The translations under genes were made by a program, and so were the position numbers. Shown piece by piece: positions 53,138 to 64,000 of a DNA stretch of 64,000 nt; position 1 is the stretch's first letter; the number at the start of each line of letters is the position of its first letter. The stretch comes from Chara braunii (taxonomy: Eukaryota; Plantae; Charophyceae), in the NCBI GenBank assembly GCA_003427395.1, contig BFEA01000004.1:607736-671735 (forward strand), given 5' to 3'. The notes beneath the pieces were generated by a model. That model saw nothing but the letters and a program-made list of their open reading frames with translations. It did no database searches and had not been told where the DNA came from.

Positions 53138-53906
53138 GTCAGTGATGCCTCTCACCACGTCATCACCACCTCTCTATATGTTCGCTACCCCACCCCTCCT
53201 TGTATGTGGGTGGGAATTTTGTGCACTTTACTTTGTGGCACTCGCAGAATGACAGGCAGACAGAAAGCCTTATCTTGTGCAGGTTTTTGGAAGTTTGCCA
53301 TGGCAAAGAAGTAGCAAGAACCTTGTAGCAAAATAAGACAATGCTGTCCTTCAAAAGGTGTTATACTCTTTCAAGGTTGTGAAGGGAAACTCCACCAGTG
53401 CCGCCAAACCAGGTTATTTTTCCATGCACCGCGGCACAGATGTTGTGCCTGGATACACACCTCGCCGCCAGGTCGGGCAGGACCCCTGGGTGGGTCTGGG
53501 GCATTCCCTGCGCATTATCAAAGAACAAAAAAGTTTTGTGTCACTGAAAACATTTTTGTTTATTTTTGTGTGTTTTTCTTCCTGAAATGGTGGAACTAGT
53601 AACTACCCTATATATCCCTGAGTTTTTTTTGCATTTTCATCAACCGAAAGTCGGAAACATGAATTACATATCACCAAAGTTGGCATACTTGCAATTTGTG
53701 TGCACCCCCCGGTACCNNNNNNNNNNNNNNNNNNNNNNNNNNNNNNNNNNNNNNNNNNNNNNNNNNNNNNNNNNNNNNNNNNNNNNNNNNNNNNNNNNNN
53801 NNNNNNNNNNNNNNNNNNNNNNNNNNNNNNNNNNNNNNNNNNNNNNNNNNNNNNNNNNNNNNNNNNNNNNNNTTTTTCTTAATGACAATGTTCCACTGGT
53901 CTAAGC

Positions 53907-53944
53907 CTGTCTCTTATACACATCTAGATGTGTATAAGAGACAG
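53907..53944. other. Nextera mate-pair junction adapter (assembly artefact)
   Basis: Same 38-mer; the ~35 bp to its left duplicate the sequence at ~55911-55943. Confidence 0.97.
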
Positions 53945-55470
53945 GCTCAGTTGGTACACCACTGAACTGTTGAAATACAAACCTGAGTTCAAACTTCAAA
54001 CTCAGATGGGAACTGTATTAATGAATTCCTTGAATTACTCAGATGGAACTGGTCAGTTCCATCTCAGGATGCCCTTTCTCCAAAATGACAAGGGGAAAAA
54101 GAAAGGGCGTCCTGAGTTGGAACTCAGATGGAACTCAGATGGAACTCAGATGGAACTGGTCAGTTCCATCTCAGGACGCCCTTTCTCCAAAATGACAAGG
54201 GGAGAAAGAAAAGAAAAAGTGTCCTGGAAGTACTGGGGGTTTAAACCAGCAGTACCAGCAGTACCAGCAGTACCAGCAGTACCTCCGAGCCTCATTTGCC
54301 GGATGCTCTACTGTGCTCACCACTGGACTACCGAGATGTTGTGGTAGTGTTCTCTGGTCATGGCAGCGGTATGCGTCAGGATTGCATCACAATCCGTTTG
54401 AAGGGATTTTTCTTTCTTTTTCTTAATGTTATTTTTTCGCTTATATAGAGGCATGTAACCTAATTCCGTGATTTGTTTTTGCCTTTTTTTCCTTTCTTTT
54501 GTTTAGTGGAATTGAGAGTAAAATCTCCGAAGTGGTGACACACAAAATGTTGTGCCCCCTCCCTGGGGCCTCCCACCACCCATTACGGTAGGTCCACCCT
54601 GACCACAGCCCTGTGTTAACCAAGTGGCACCAGGGATATCAGGTTGGGATACTGGTAGTTTAAAGATGGGCATGCTGAGAGTAAGCAATGGCTACAAGTT
54701 ACAACCATCAACAATTGAAGCAGCCACATTGCCAAAATCATCCATTCACTACCAAGTGAGAGATTGAGTGGATTTTTTTATGAACTGAAATAATCTAAGA
54801 ACAATGAATGAACCCAGCGAGAGTCCACTCTTCAATGTCTNNNNNNNNNNNNNNNNNNNNNNNNNNNNNNNNNNNNNNNNNNNNNNNNNNNNNNNNNNNN
54901 NNNNNNNNNNNNNNNNNNNNNNNNNNNNNNNNNNNNNNNNNNNNNNNNNNNNNNNNNNNNNNNNNNNNNNNNNNNNNNNNNNNNNNNNNNNNNNNNNNNN
55001 NNNNNNNNNNNNNNNNNNNNNNNNNNNNNNNNNNNNNNNNNNNNNNNNNNNNNNNNNNNNNNNNNNNNNNNNNNNNNNNNNNNNNNNNNNNNNNNNNNNN
55101 NNNNNNNNNNNNNNNNNNNNNNNNNNNNNNNNNNNNNNNNNNNNNNNNNNNNNNNNNNNNNNNNNNNNNNNNNNNNNNNNNNNNNNNNNNNNNNNNNNNN
55201 NNNNNNNNNNNNNNNNNNNNNNNNNNNNNNNNNNNNNNNNNNNNNNNNNNNNNNNNNNNNNNNNNNNNNNNNNNNNNNNNNNNNNNNNNNNNNNNNNNNN
55301 NNNNNNNNNNNNNNNNNNNNNNNNNNNNNNNNNNNNNNNNNNNNNNNNNNNNNNNNNNNNNNNNNNNNNNNNNNNNNNNNNNNNNNNNNNNNNNNNNNNN
55401 NNNNNNNNNNNNNNNNNNNNNNNNNNNNNNNNNNNNNNNNNNNNNNNNNNNNNNNNNNNNNNNNNNNNNN

Positions 55471-55547
<77 letters not shown>

Positions 55548-55844
55548 TTTGATCCCTCTCCACGCGCGGAGCTCCAGAACATCAAGACGTGGCGATTGTC
55601 TCAGGACGAAACTGTCTGGCACCATGTGGCCCGAAAACATCCACGGCATGCACCTTTGTGCCGCCAGGCACCTATTGGCATCAGGCGTTCGATGTACTGC
55701 TAGGCCACCCCGTTGGACCTAGCCAGTCTCCACAGTGTCTGACAGGACAGCATCAGATGGGAGCCACTTGAGCTGCCTTGGCTAAGTAAGGCTGCTTTTT
55801 AAACAATTTGTCTATTACTGTAGTTAGTATTTACTTTCGGTCAA

Positions 55845-56140
55845 AACGTTTGCTGACCCACGTTGTGCTGGTCAGCTTGTCACTACCCTTGAGCAAAACA
55901 TGCGTCAAGTTTTTCTTAATGACAATGTTCCACTGGTCTAAGCTCGAAGCGGGAAGGGAGTTTTGGGGATGTCAGCAGACAAAGAATGTGGGAACGTTTG
56001 CTGACCCACGTTGCGCTGGTCAGCTTGTCACTACCCTTGAGCAAAACGTGCGTCAAGTTTTTCTTAATGACAATGTTCCACTGTTCTAAGCTCGAAGCGG
56101 GAAGGGAGTTTTGGGGATGTCAGCAGACAAAGAATGTGGG
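55845..56140 (+). repeat. Two-copy ~149-bp tandem duplication
   Basis: AACGTTTGCTGACCCACGTTG...CAGACAAAGAATGTGGGA occurs twice. Confidence 0.85.
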
Positions 56141-56756
56141 ACGAGGGAGGTATGGAAATGATGTGGAAGAGCGAGTAGCTGCAGGACACTTCTCAAGGGA
56201 TGAGCGGAAGAAGGGAGTTTTGGGGATGGCATTTGCCTGTAGACAAAGTAGTATGCGGGAAGAGGGAGTTTTGGGTAGTAGCTGAAGGACATACACTTCA
56301 CAAGGGATGAGCGCAAGAAGTACAGCAGTTGCCCCAGCTGGGGTTTCTTTCCTTGTGTGCATATTCTTAGCCCCTCTTTTCTGACTGCAGGGAGGCTGGG
56401 TTGCTCGAGATTGGCAGGGGCCAACTCCATCAACATGAGGCTGGACAAATCTGCTCTTCTAGCCGTTGACTGAAGCTGGTGATTGATCACACCTCATTAC
56501 CAAGGAACTGCCGTCGACTGCAAAGTACTGCTTGGGACAGAAACTTATCATGTCTGCTAATGCTGTAAGGGACTGCCACGTGGCAAGCTTCACTGTATTG
56601 TAAAGGGGCTCACTGGACTGAAATTGGCTCAAATTACTGCTCACTGTTGACTGGCAAGTACCACTTCAGAACAAAGACCACCTTAATATATATATGTTGC
56701 AAGTAATTGCATTGGGTTGGATTGAACTGACTTTGTCTAGCTTGCCATTGTGTGGA

Positions 56757-57238
56757 CTGCCGTCTTCACCCGAACACAATGTACGACAGGGTTGCATACC
56801 TCCCGACCCCGACTGCCGACTGTTTTGCAGCCGACCAGTAGGGCCGACCGGTTGGCGGTCTGCCGACCAGTCAGAAAACAGCCATCCACTGATTTTTTTT
56901 AGGGGGGTATAGGGGTGGTATACAGGTATTTGGCAGGGTATGAGGGTGTGGGGGGCCGGTTTGGTGGTGTTGGGGGGTGTATGGGGGTATTGGGGGCGAG
57001 TATGGGGGTGTTGGGGGGGTAATTCGGTGTTCTGGACCCAAAAAATAAAAATAAAAATATTAAAAAATCTGCAGGGTGTCGACGACCCCCGACCGGTAGG
57101 TCCTGACCAGTCAAGGGCGCCGATCGTCGGGGTATGCAACAGTGACGTACGGTAATTATAGCTGTATTAATTTGGGGGTATCTTTCAGTCTATGTGCAGC
57201 AATAACGACCATACATTGTGTCCGGGTGAGGACGGTAG
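56757..57238. mobile_element. Tc1/mariner-like MITE interrupted by a hAT-like MITE (56787-57144)
   Basis: Outer CCGTCTTCACCCGAAC...CCGGGTGAGGACGGTAG; inner CAGGGTTGCATAC...GTATGCAACAGTG with degenerate 8-bp TSD ATGTACGA/ACGTACGG. Confidence 0.65.
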
Positions 57239-57955
57239 TGTCTGCTGGCCCGGCCTGACGTGTCATGGACTTCTGGTGTAGACTGTACTCGACTGTGCAG
57301 GGAAGGCTAGTTTGGACTGCATGGGACTGAGGTAGAAGGGAGTGGGCTGAACCGCACATACAGATCTGCTAAACTGAACCGGACTGTGCTAGACGATGGT
57401 GGATTGCATTGGGTGCAACCGGAAGGGACTGGGTAGTGATTGTGTGACTAGAGCTGGGTAGATTGGGATGCAGGTAGTGGTGTGGGCTTGTCGGTAGGAG
57501 AGGGAGATGAAGACTCGGGTGTACAGAAGACAGCAGATTGATATGTTTGGAAGTTCGTTGATTTCATGATCCTGTAGCTCAGGAGAAAATTATGTGATGA
57601 AAAGAAATGCGCAGATGTCACGTCTCGTGTCAGCTCCTGGCACTGAAAAGTGCACCGTGTTTTTCCTCCAGCACCGCTTCATGCTAATTGTTTTTAGAAT
57701 TTTTTTATTTTTTTTTCTTCTCTTTACAACTGCATCAGTCTGCAATGCTCTGCATGGTTGCTTTGCTCTTTTCCTGTCCTTTCAAGGGGTATTCAATACT
57801 ATTCATTGGTCGTGCATTCACTGGTTCATGCACAGCCCAGGCTTGCACCAGAGCGACCTGCTTCCACTGCCCATTTCTTTATTTTCTTCGTGAAATTCAA
57901 GATTTGGGCTGCTAGTCATTGCACTCCTTCCGCAATTTCTCTGCCCCTGCCCTCC

Positions 57956-57997
<42 letters not shown>

Positions 57998-57998
57998 N

Positions 57999-58076
<78 letters not shown>

Positions 58077-59135
58077 CGCTCGCTCGCTCGTGTGCTCACA
58101 CAGACAGTGAATGTGTCTCTCATTCTATGTTTGTCTGTTGGTCTCTATCGTCCTCCTCCCTCCTTTCTTTCAACAAGTGAATGTGTCTCTGATTCGGTTT
58201 CAGTGCGAGTCAGGCAACACTCTGAATGGATGCAGCACTTCGTGCTGAGATTGCCAAGCTGAGCTAAGAAAATGCAACTGAGAAGAGGCGACACTGGTGC
58301 TGCAATAATAAGACAAGCCGCTTTTTTTATGTATGTGCTCACTGCTCATGCACGCACAAATGTGGTATGAAAATTTAATCTGCTGAGGTTCGTATAACAA
58401 AACAGTTTGTGCATTTTTATATTTGGAACTTTGTTCCGTGTCGCCCCCTCTGTTCTCTATACTCTTAAAAGTTACAAAGGGCCCACCGTAACGGGTCGAT
58501 GTGGGCCCAATGAAAATTGTCGGAGGGGCGTGCCTTTGGGGTTCCCAAGGGAAGGACTGGAGACGTGGGAAAGTGACGCAGGGGTGCAGTCGGCAAAGCG
58601 GGTCCCAACGGATGGACCGGAGGCGCTGGTGAGTGAGGCTGGACGAGGTCGGCAAAAGTGGCAAGGGGGGCGCGAAGCGGCGCGAGGGGTGCGATGTGAG
58701 GCAAGGCATGGAGGGCCAAAGCAGTGAGAGGAGGGGGGGGGGGGTGCAAAGCAACGCGAACGGACAAATCCGTGTGGGTCCGCGCAGAAGAAGAGCGAAG
58801 TGAAGCGTGGGGGGAGGGCTGGCGGCTAAACAAAAGTGAGCGGCGGGGGAACAAGCAAGGAATGCGCGTAGCCCACAGATAGAACACCGACGAGGGTGGC
58901 GAGAGTGCATGCATGAGTTTGCAAGTGGTGCATGGTGCATCGGGCGAGAGCATGGTGCAGTGCGTGCGAGGAGGGAGGATAGCGAGGGAGAGCGAGAGAG
59001 ATCGTCCGGCAGGGAGAAACAGCGGAATCTGAGCGGATGCTCAAACTTGCATTGGCGACGACAGTGCATGCAGGAGTGTGGATGCGGCGCATCGTGCAGG
59101 GTGCGTGAGCAGGGATGAAAGCGAGGCAGAGCGTT

Positions 59136-59172
<37 letters not shown>

Positions 59173-60201
59173 CCCCCCTCTTCCCTCCTTTAGAAACTCA
59201 GCTGCCCTTTAGAAAGTAGAAGAAGAAGAAATGAGAGGAACTGGATATCGATGATGAATGGCATTACTACTAGGGTCTGTGCAATGCATGCAGTGTCTTG
59301 CACATTTGGTCAGTCGTTGATGGTTCGGCCAACTCCTTTGGTATGGGGTCAGGTTCGGCCAACTCCTTTGGTACTATGGGGTCATAATGAATCAGCTTCC
59401 TTTGAACGCCCAATACCCTGGCGGCCAGCCACCCCAACGGTTAACCCATTGCCACAGGTAGGTTCGGCCAACTCGAGGCGGGGCATGGGGTGGAGGGGGC
59501 AAAAGAAATTGAGTTCTTCGGACTTCTTCCCAACTGTGGTGATTTTTGGCTCTCATCTGCTACAAATTCTACAATTAGAAAAAGTTTGAACAACTGAGGG
59601 AATCGCGAGTGCATCCTGCTGTACAAGGGAAGAAGATTTTTTTTTTTTTTTTTTTTTTTAATGAAAACAGGCCTTTTGGTCCTGGCTCCTTCTATTCTGG
59701 GGAGCGTCAGTCCGGAGGGAAGAAGATTTCTAAGAATTAAAAAAATATATATTATCTATGCTTTTCTTGTCAATCGAAATCTGGTGCAAATTCAATGCAA
59801 ATGCAATGCGAATGAAAATAAATACTTCCATTGCCAGGCCCGACCCCCTAAATGATTTCGGCAGTCCAGGGGTGGGCAAAATAAAGCATTGGGAAAACGA
59901 GCCAGTTGTCTCCAGCCGTATAGGATGTGACACAATCGCGTCGCTTACATTATGTTGTGGTCATCGATGCTCTGTTTTTACAGGCTGCCTTTTTTTTGTG
60001 TGTGTGGCTTTGGAATATGCTCAGAACTTTCTCTGTTTTTCAACTTTTTTTTTTTTTTCTGTGTTTTTTTTGCAAGTTTGCCTCACTGCGTTTTTGCTGT
60101 ATGTTAGGTAAGGACTGACTACCTCATTAACCTGCTGATATTCGCATGTACATCTCTTACATTGAGGGGTTGGATTTGATTGTTACTTCTTGCACTGGCA
60201 G

Positions 60202-60323
60202 GGCAGCTTATATTTGCAAACGTCCGCCAAATTTTGTCATGACGGATGAGGAAAAGAATGCGCTGGACAAGCTCGCCTGGGATGAGTTCCTCACAAAGAC
60301 TAAACAGGAAATTGCGATTCTTG
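60202..60323 (+). CDS. Exon 3 of Soloist-like AP2 gene (AP2 helix end and Soloist-type tail)
   Basis: (R)AAYICKRPPNFVMTDEEKNALDKLAWDEFLTKTKQEI resembles Soloist AAFMCGREPNF...WEEFL as recalled; acceptor GGCAG| (phase 2), donor TTG|GTGAGT (phase 1). Confidence 0.88.
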
Positions 60324-61450
60324 GTGAGTTCTCTGGTGCCCAGTCCAGTTCTATTGAGACTTGTTCCGACGGTCTGTCGAAACTGCTAAAAGAGTCGAGA
60401 GTCAAAAGCTTTATCGGCCTCTTAGTCCTTGTAAGTTGTAGCGGTATAAAGCTGTCTGTCCCACTCAGACACTCTTATATCAGATCAGCATAGAGGTCCT
60501 GGGGAATCATCGGAATTTCAGTGATGCCACCATTCTTAAACCACCCGTACATGCCATACAACGACTGCGGGCCTCTGAAACGCGACGCTCGCCGTCGATT
60601 TATTTTTATCGACGGCGCGGAAGCATCCGGAATTTTAGGAGAGGCTCAATCGGCTTCTGAACTTGGCTGGGGCCATGTACTGGTGCTTTAAGGCAGCGTG
60701 AAACTTGCTTGGCAGTGGCAGAACACTAGGAACTCTGGGCTTTTCTACACAGAGGCAGAACACTAGGAACTCTGGGCTTTTCTACACAGAAAACATTAAG
60801 CATTGTAGCGATTGTAGAAAGCATCCAGTTCATTGGCTCGCTTACCTACCATAGATGCTATGTGGAAGCTATACTAGTGTTTGTAATTTGTGGCCTCACA
60901 TGAGTGGTTTGCGCAATTTGCTGGGGGATTGCGAATTATATATATGAGACAGTAAACCCTGCATTCGCTTTGCTTCATTTGCTTGGAGCAATTGTTATCT
61001 GGAAGTAGTTGCCGTTTTTGCCTGTCTGGGTTGAACCGGGTGGAAGACCCCGCAGGTGAGTCGCCAGCCCGGCTTGGCCAGGTGTGGTGATTAATTGGAT
61101 TTAACAAATTTTACACTATGTTCACACAGCTGGCCTGCACCAGCCCCGCCAGGAGCGCCTCAATATAATTCACCTGCCATCGACAGTTTTCTGGTAATTG
61201 GAGGTGTGCAAAAGGTTGTGTTTTCACATTGATGTCGGACTGGGAGATCTGCAAAAGGTGTTTTCACATTGATGATGAACTGTAATGCTGTGCTTAATAG
61301 GGGGGATTGGATGCTTGGGATGTCTGCAGATTTGTGCATGACATTCGAGCACGCTCCATTTGCTTGTGTCTTGAGCTATTCTCTAGTGTCACTCCTAAAG
61401 CCTCCTCGCTGTCGTGAATCTGTGGGTGCATGTGGCTTCCACTTGAATAG

Positions 61451-61631
61451 CAGCTCGCCAAGAGAAGAAGGACAGGAATAATAATTCAGTGGAGCCCCCT
61501 CGGCGGGTGTCTCACTACACTGGAGTGTTCAGCACAGGAAGGAAATGGGTGGCTCATATAAGGGTTGACGGCAGCACTGTGTTTTTGGGGGTCGTGAACT
61601 CGGAGGATGAAGCTTCTCACCTTTTTGACAG
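61451..61631 (+). CDS. Exon 4 of Soloist-like AP2 gene (second AP2 domain, N-terminal part); gene probably continues past the window
   Basis: SHYTGVFSTGRKWVAHIRVDGSTVFLGVVNSEDEASHLFDR is an AP2 domain; NAGNAG acceptor TAGCAG (61451 or 61454, both phase 1); donor GACAG|GTCAGC at the same position as exon 2. Confidence 0.83.
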
Positions 61632-61877
61632 GTCAGCGGCCAGTCTTTACCTTTTTGCAATTCATCTCCCTTCCTTTCCCCCCATGGAATGAAATGATAG
61701 GGCATCACAACCTGTGGGATGTGTGGTCTTCTACCGTGTTCTTTTGATTCTGTTTGGTGGCCAAGGACTGTTGAGTTTGTTCGTTCCCACATCCAGTATG
61801 TGTGCCATCTCAACATAAATGATCAAACGTCTGTTTGGCGAGGAATTGCTGATGCAGGGAAGGACTCCCCCGATCAC

Positions 61878-61988
61878 CTACCGGCTTCACCCGAATAGAA
61901 CGCCCAGTCATTATAGCTGCATTTGGCTCAATTTTCAGTCCAGATGCAGCGATAATGAGCGGGCGTTTTATTCGGGTGAAGACGGTAG
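61878..61988. mobile_element. Same Tc1/mariner-like MITE family
   Basis: CTACCGGCTTCACCCGAATAGAACGCCC...GGGCGTTTTATTCGGGTGAAGACGGTAG. Confidence 0.7.
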
Positions 61989-62071
61989 TGTTCTAAGCTT
62001 CAGCGATCACTGTCTCCCCGCAAAAGTTGGTTCAGCTTCGAGAGTCGTGCCAGTCTGAGATGGTATTACTG

Positions 62072-62140
62072 ACGAGCTTAGCTCATTTGGTACGCCCACA
62101 AACTGTTGAAATACAGACCTAAGTTCGAGTCCTGGTGGAC
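62072..62140 (+). mobile_element. tRNA-derived SINE head (relatives at 53945-54000 and 47625-47690)
   Basis: A-box-like TAGCTCATTTGG and B-box GTTCGAGTCC; shared AACTGTTGAAATACARACCTRAGTTC between 62100 and 53965; no proper cloverleaf. Confidence 0.55.
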
Positions 62141-62366
62141 GTGGATGAATGGAACCAGTTGTTCCGAATTACCTCGCGCCGGTCACTTCTATGATGATCT
62201 CTCTCAAGGGCCAAACGCGACACCCTTTTTAAAGAAAGAAGGGCAAACGAAAACACAAAAAAGTGCCAGATGGTACGAAGTCAGACGAGGAACACAGGTA
62301 CAGGTACAGGTAAGGGTGTGGAAAGGCGAAACGGTAACTTCATGATTCCTAGCTAGTGTTTTCAGC

Positions 62367-62530
62367 TTAAAGCACCAGTACATGGGCACCCAGGCCGCGG
62401 ATCTGACACCTCGAATTCTGGAAGGCCGAAACGAAAACGCGACTAACATCGGGGTTTGACGTTTCGGCCTCGTGTTCTTGGGGTGACGAGTTTCCGACTG
62501 CAAGGCTGGGGCCGTGTACTGGTGGTTTAA
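62367..62530. mobile_element. TTAA-flanked MITE family (also 51997-52174 and 60536-60691)
   Basis: TTAA-AGCACCAGTAC...GTACTGGTGGT-TTAA; similar ends in the other copies. Confidence 0.65.
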
Positions 62531-63186
62531 GAAACAGAGCAAAGCCAAAATGGTTGAAAGTCAAAACTTGAAAGAGATAAGAGTGAAGACGTGCTGTTCC
62601 AAGCTCTCTCTGGATGCAGGAAAGAGCCCAATGATGATAGATTTAATCTGAAATTATTTAAATCATTTAAATCATCAGTCCATCGGAAGTCAAATTGAGA
62701 ACCGGAAATTTGCCGAGCCTGAAAGTCTGGGTACCGTCCGACATCCGTTGGAAAAATCAACACGGTCTCGGTACCGGCCTCTGTAACATTGAAAAAAATT
62801 ATGGGCCTCCAAAGACATTTTCGGGCCCGAAGGTACTGTTCATCGGTTTCTCTACTGGCCCTGGGGTGAATGGCCCAGGGGCGGTACTCGTATATGAAAA
62901 CGGATGAACAGCAAGTTTAAACGGACTTGTTGTTTAACGGTACCAATACCGGACTCCGTAACAAAAAGTCTGGGCCTCCCACAGATATTTGGAGGCCCAA
63001 AGTTACCGGCCCCGGGGCAGATGGCCCGGGGGCGGCACTCGTATATGAAAACGGATGAACAACAAATTCAGACGGGCAGACTTGTTGTTTAGGTGTGTAC
63101 ATGGGTGGTAGTGCACACAGTGAGCAGGAGGAAAGCTGTAGAGATGGCCAAACGAGGGAGCATCAGCTTACACCAAGGAGTGTACT

Positions 63187-63255
63187 TGAATTGATACGCT
63201 GAAGATCATCATGGACCCTGCACAAGGACGACGTGCACACATCAATGAACGGTCG
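63187..63255 (+). pseudogene. U6: Older, more degenerate U6 snRNA pseudogene
   Basis: GATACGCTGAAGATCATCATGGACCCTGCACAAGGACGACGTGCACACATC is colinear with U6 GATACAGAGAAGATTAGCATGGCCCCTGCGCAAGGATGACACGCATAAATC. Confidence 0.7.
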
Positions 63256-63927
63256 GATGAGGATCGACTCCCGACTTGTTTCTTAGCAGTGAATGGAGAG
63301 GAAGGGTGACCACGATGGGAAATGTATCTGGCTTGCATGTGTGGAATTGGTGGTAACCCTGCTTACGTGAGGAAAATGTTCTGGCTGGCGATGTAAGTAG
63401 GTAGGATCTCTGGGATGTGCAACAAGTCCATAGGAATGTCATCGGGACACGGCAAGAGTGGAGGTAGAGTGCGAGTATGGCTGCTCTCCAAGGACTTGCA
63501 GGGTCAGCAGGAGCTGCGTAAGGGCACTCGGTAAACATCACAGGGTGCTTGAAAACCCCTAAGCCACGATGAAGAGGAGCATGAGGGTGTGATTCATGTA
63601 CTTTGATTTGCTTGCTGGTGGAAGAGGAACTGTACCTCCGCTCCCCAGAAAGCAGGCATAGCCTCAACGCTATGTTTTTATATGACCTTTCCTTTTTATA
63701 AAAAAAAAGAAAAGAGCCGTCGGCATCCAGTGCCTTCTGCCTTTGAAAATAACTCTAAACAAAGTGATTTAGAAACAAGTGAGAAGTCCAGAACTCCTGA
63801 ATACACGGACATTCAGAAATGCCAATATAAGATTTTTGCTAACTGCAGAAGGAACAAGAAAGGGGCGTGGTGAACATACCAAGGGGGGAGGCCGGGGGAG
63901 GAGGCTTGTACGTCCAGATTGATGCAA

Positions 63928-64000
<73 letters not shown>

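Noticed and set aside
53907-53944. Perfect 38-bp palindrome that looks like a transposon end, present twice in the window
   Set aside because: It is the Nextera mate-pair junction adapter, a library artefact
58200-59069. 289-aa minus-strand ORF
   Set aside because: GC-rich, low-complexity, no recognisable motif; lies in intron 2 of the AP2 gene
62072-62140. Possible tRNA gene
   Set aside because: No consistent acceptor or anticodon stems; diverged relatives elsewhere fit a SINE head better

Overview
Eukaryotic, repeat-rich draft-assembly window with N gaps, (GA)n/(TA)n/(GT)n microsatellites and two leftover Nextera mate-pair junction adapters. Gene content and very long introns suggest a streptophyte, possibly a charophyte alga such as Chara (inference only). 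One host gene is supported: a + strand Soloist/APD1-type AP2 transcription factor with four exons in the window (23487-23808, 52939-53137, 60202-60323, 61451/61454-61631), apparently continuing beyond it and carrying an exon-duplicated second AP2 domain. Its ~29-kb first intron holds the most unusual item. This is a tandem/inverted LTR-like element (about 26470-30930) whose ~200-bp TGTGAC...GTCACA repeat contains a complete type III hammerhead ribozyme and flanks two ATGA-coupled ORFs, one of them a RING-finger protein, i.e. a protein-coding retrozyme-like element. The window also contains a degenerate LINE, a second LINE ORF1 relic, a PIF/Harbinger remnant, hAT MITEs with 8-bp TSDs sharing one core behind different arms, several other MITE families, tRNA-derived SINE heads, two U6 snRNA pseudogenes and a mitochondrial atp6 fragment (NUMT).
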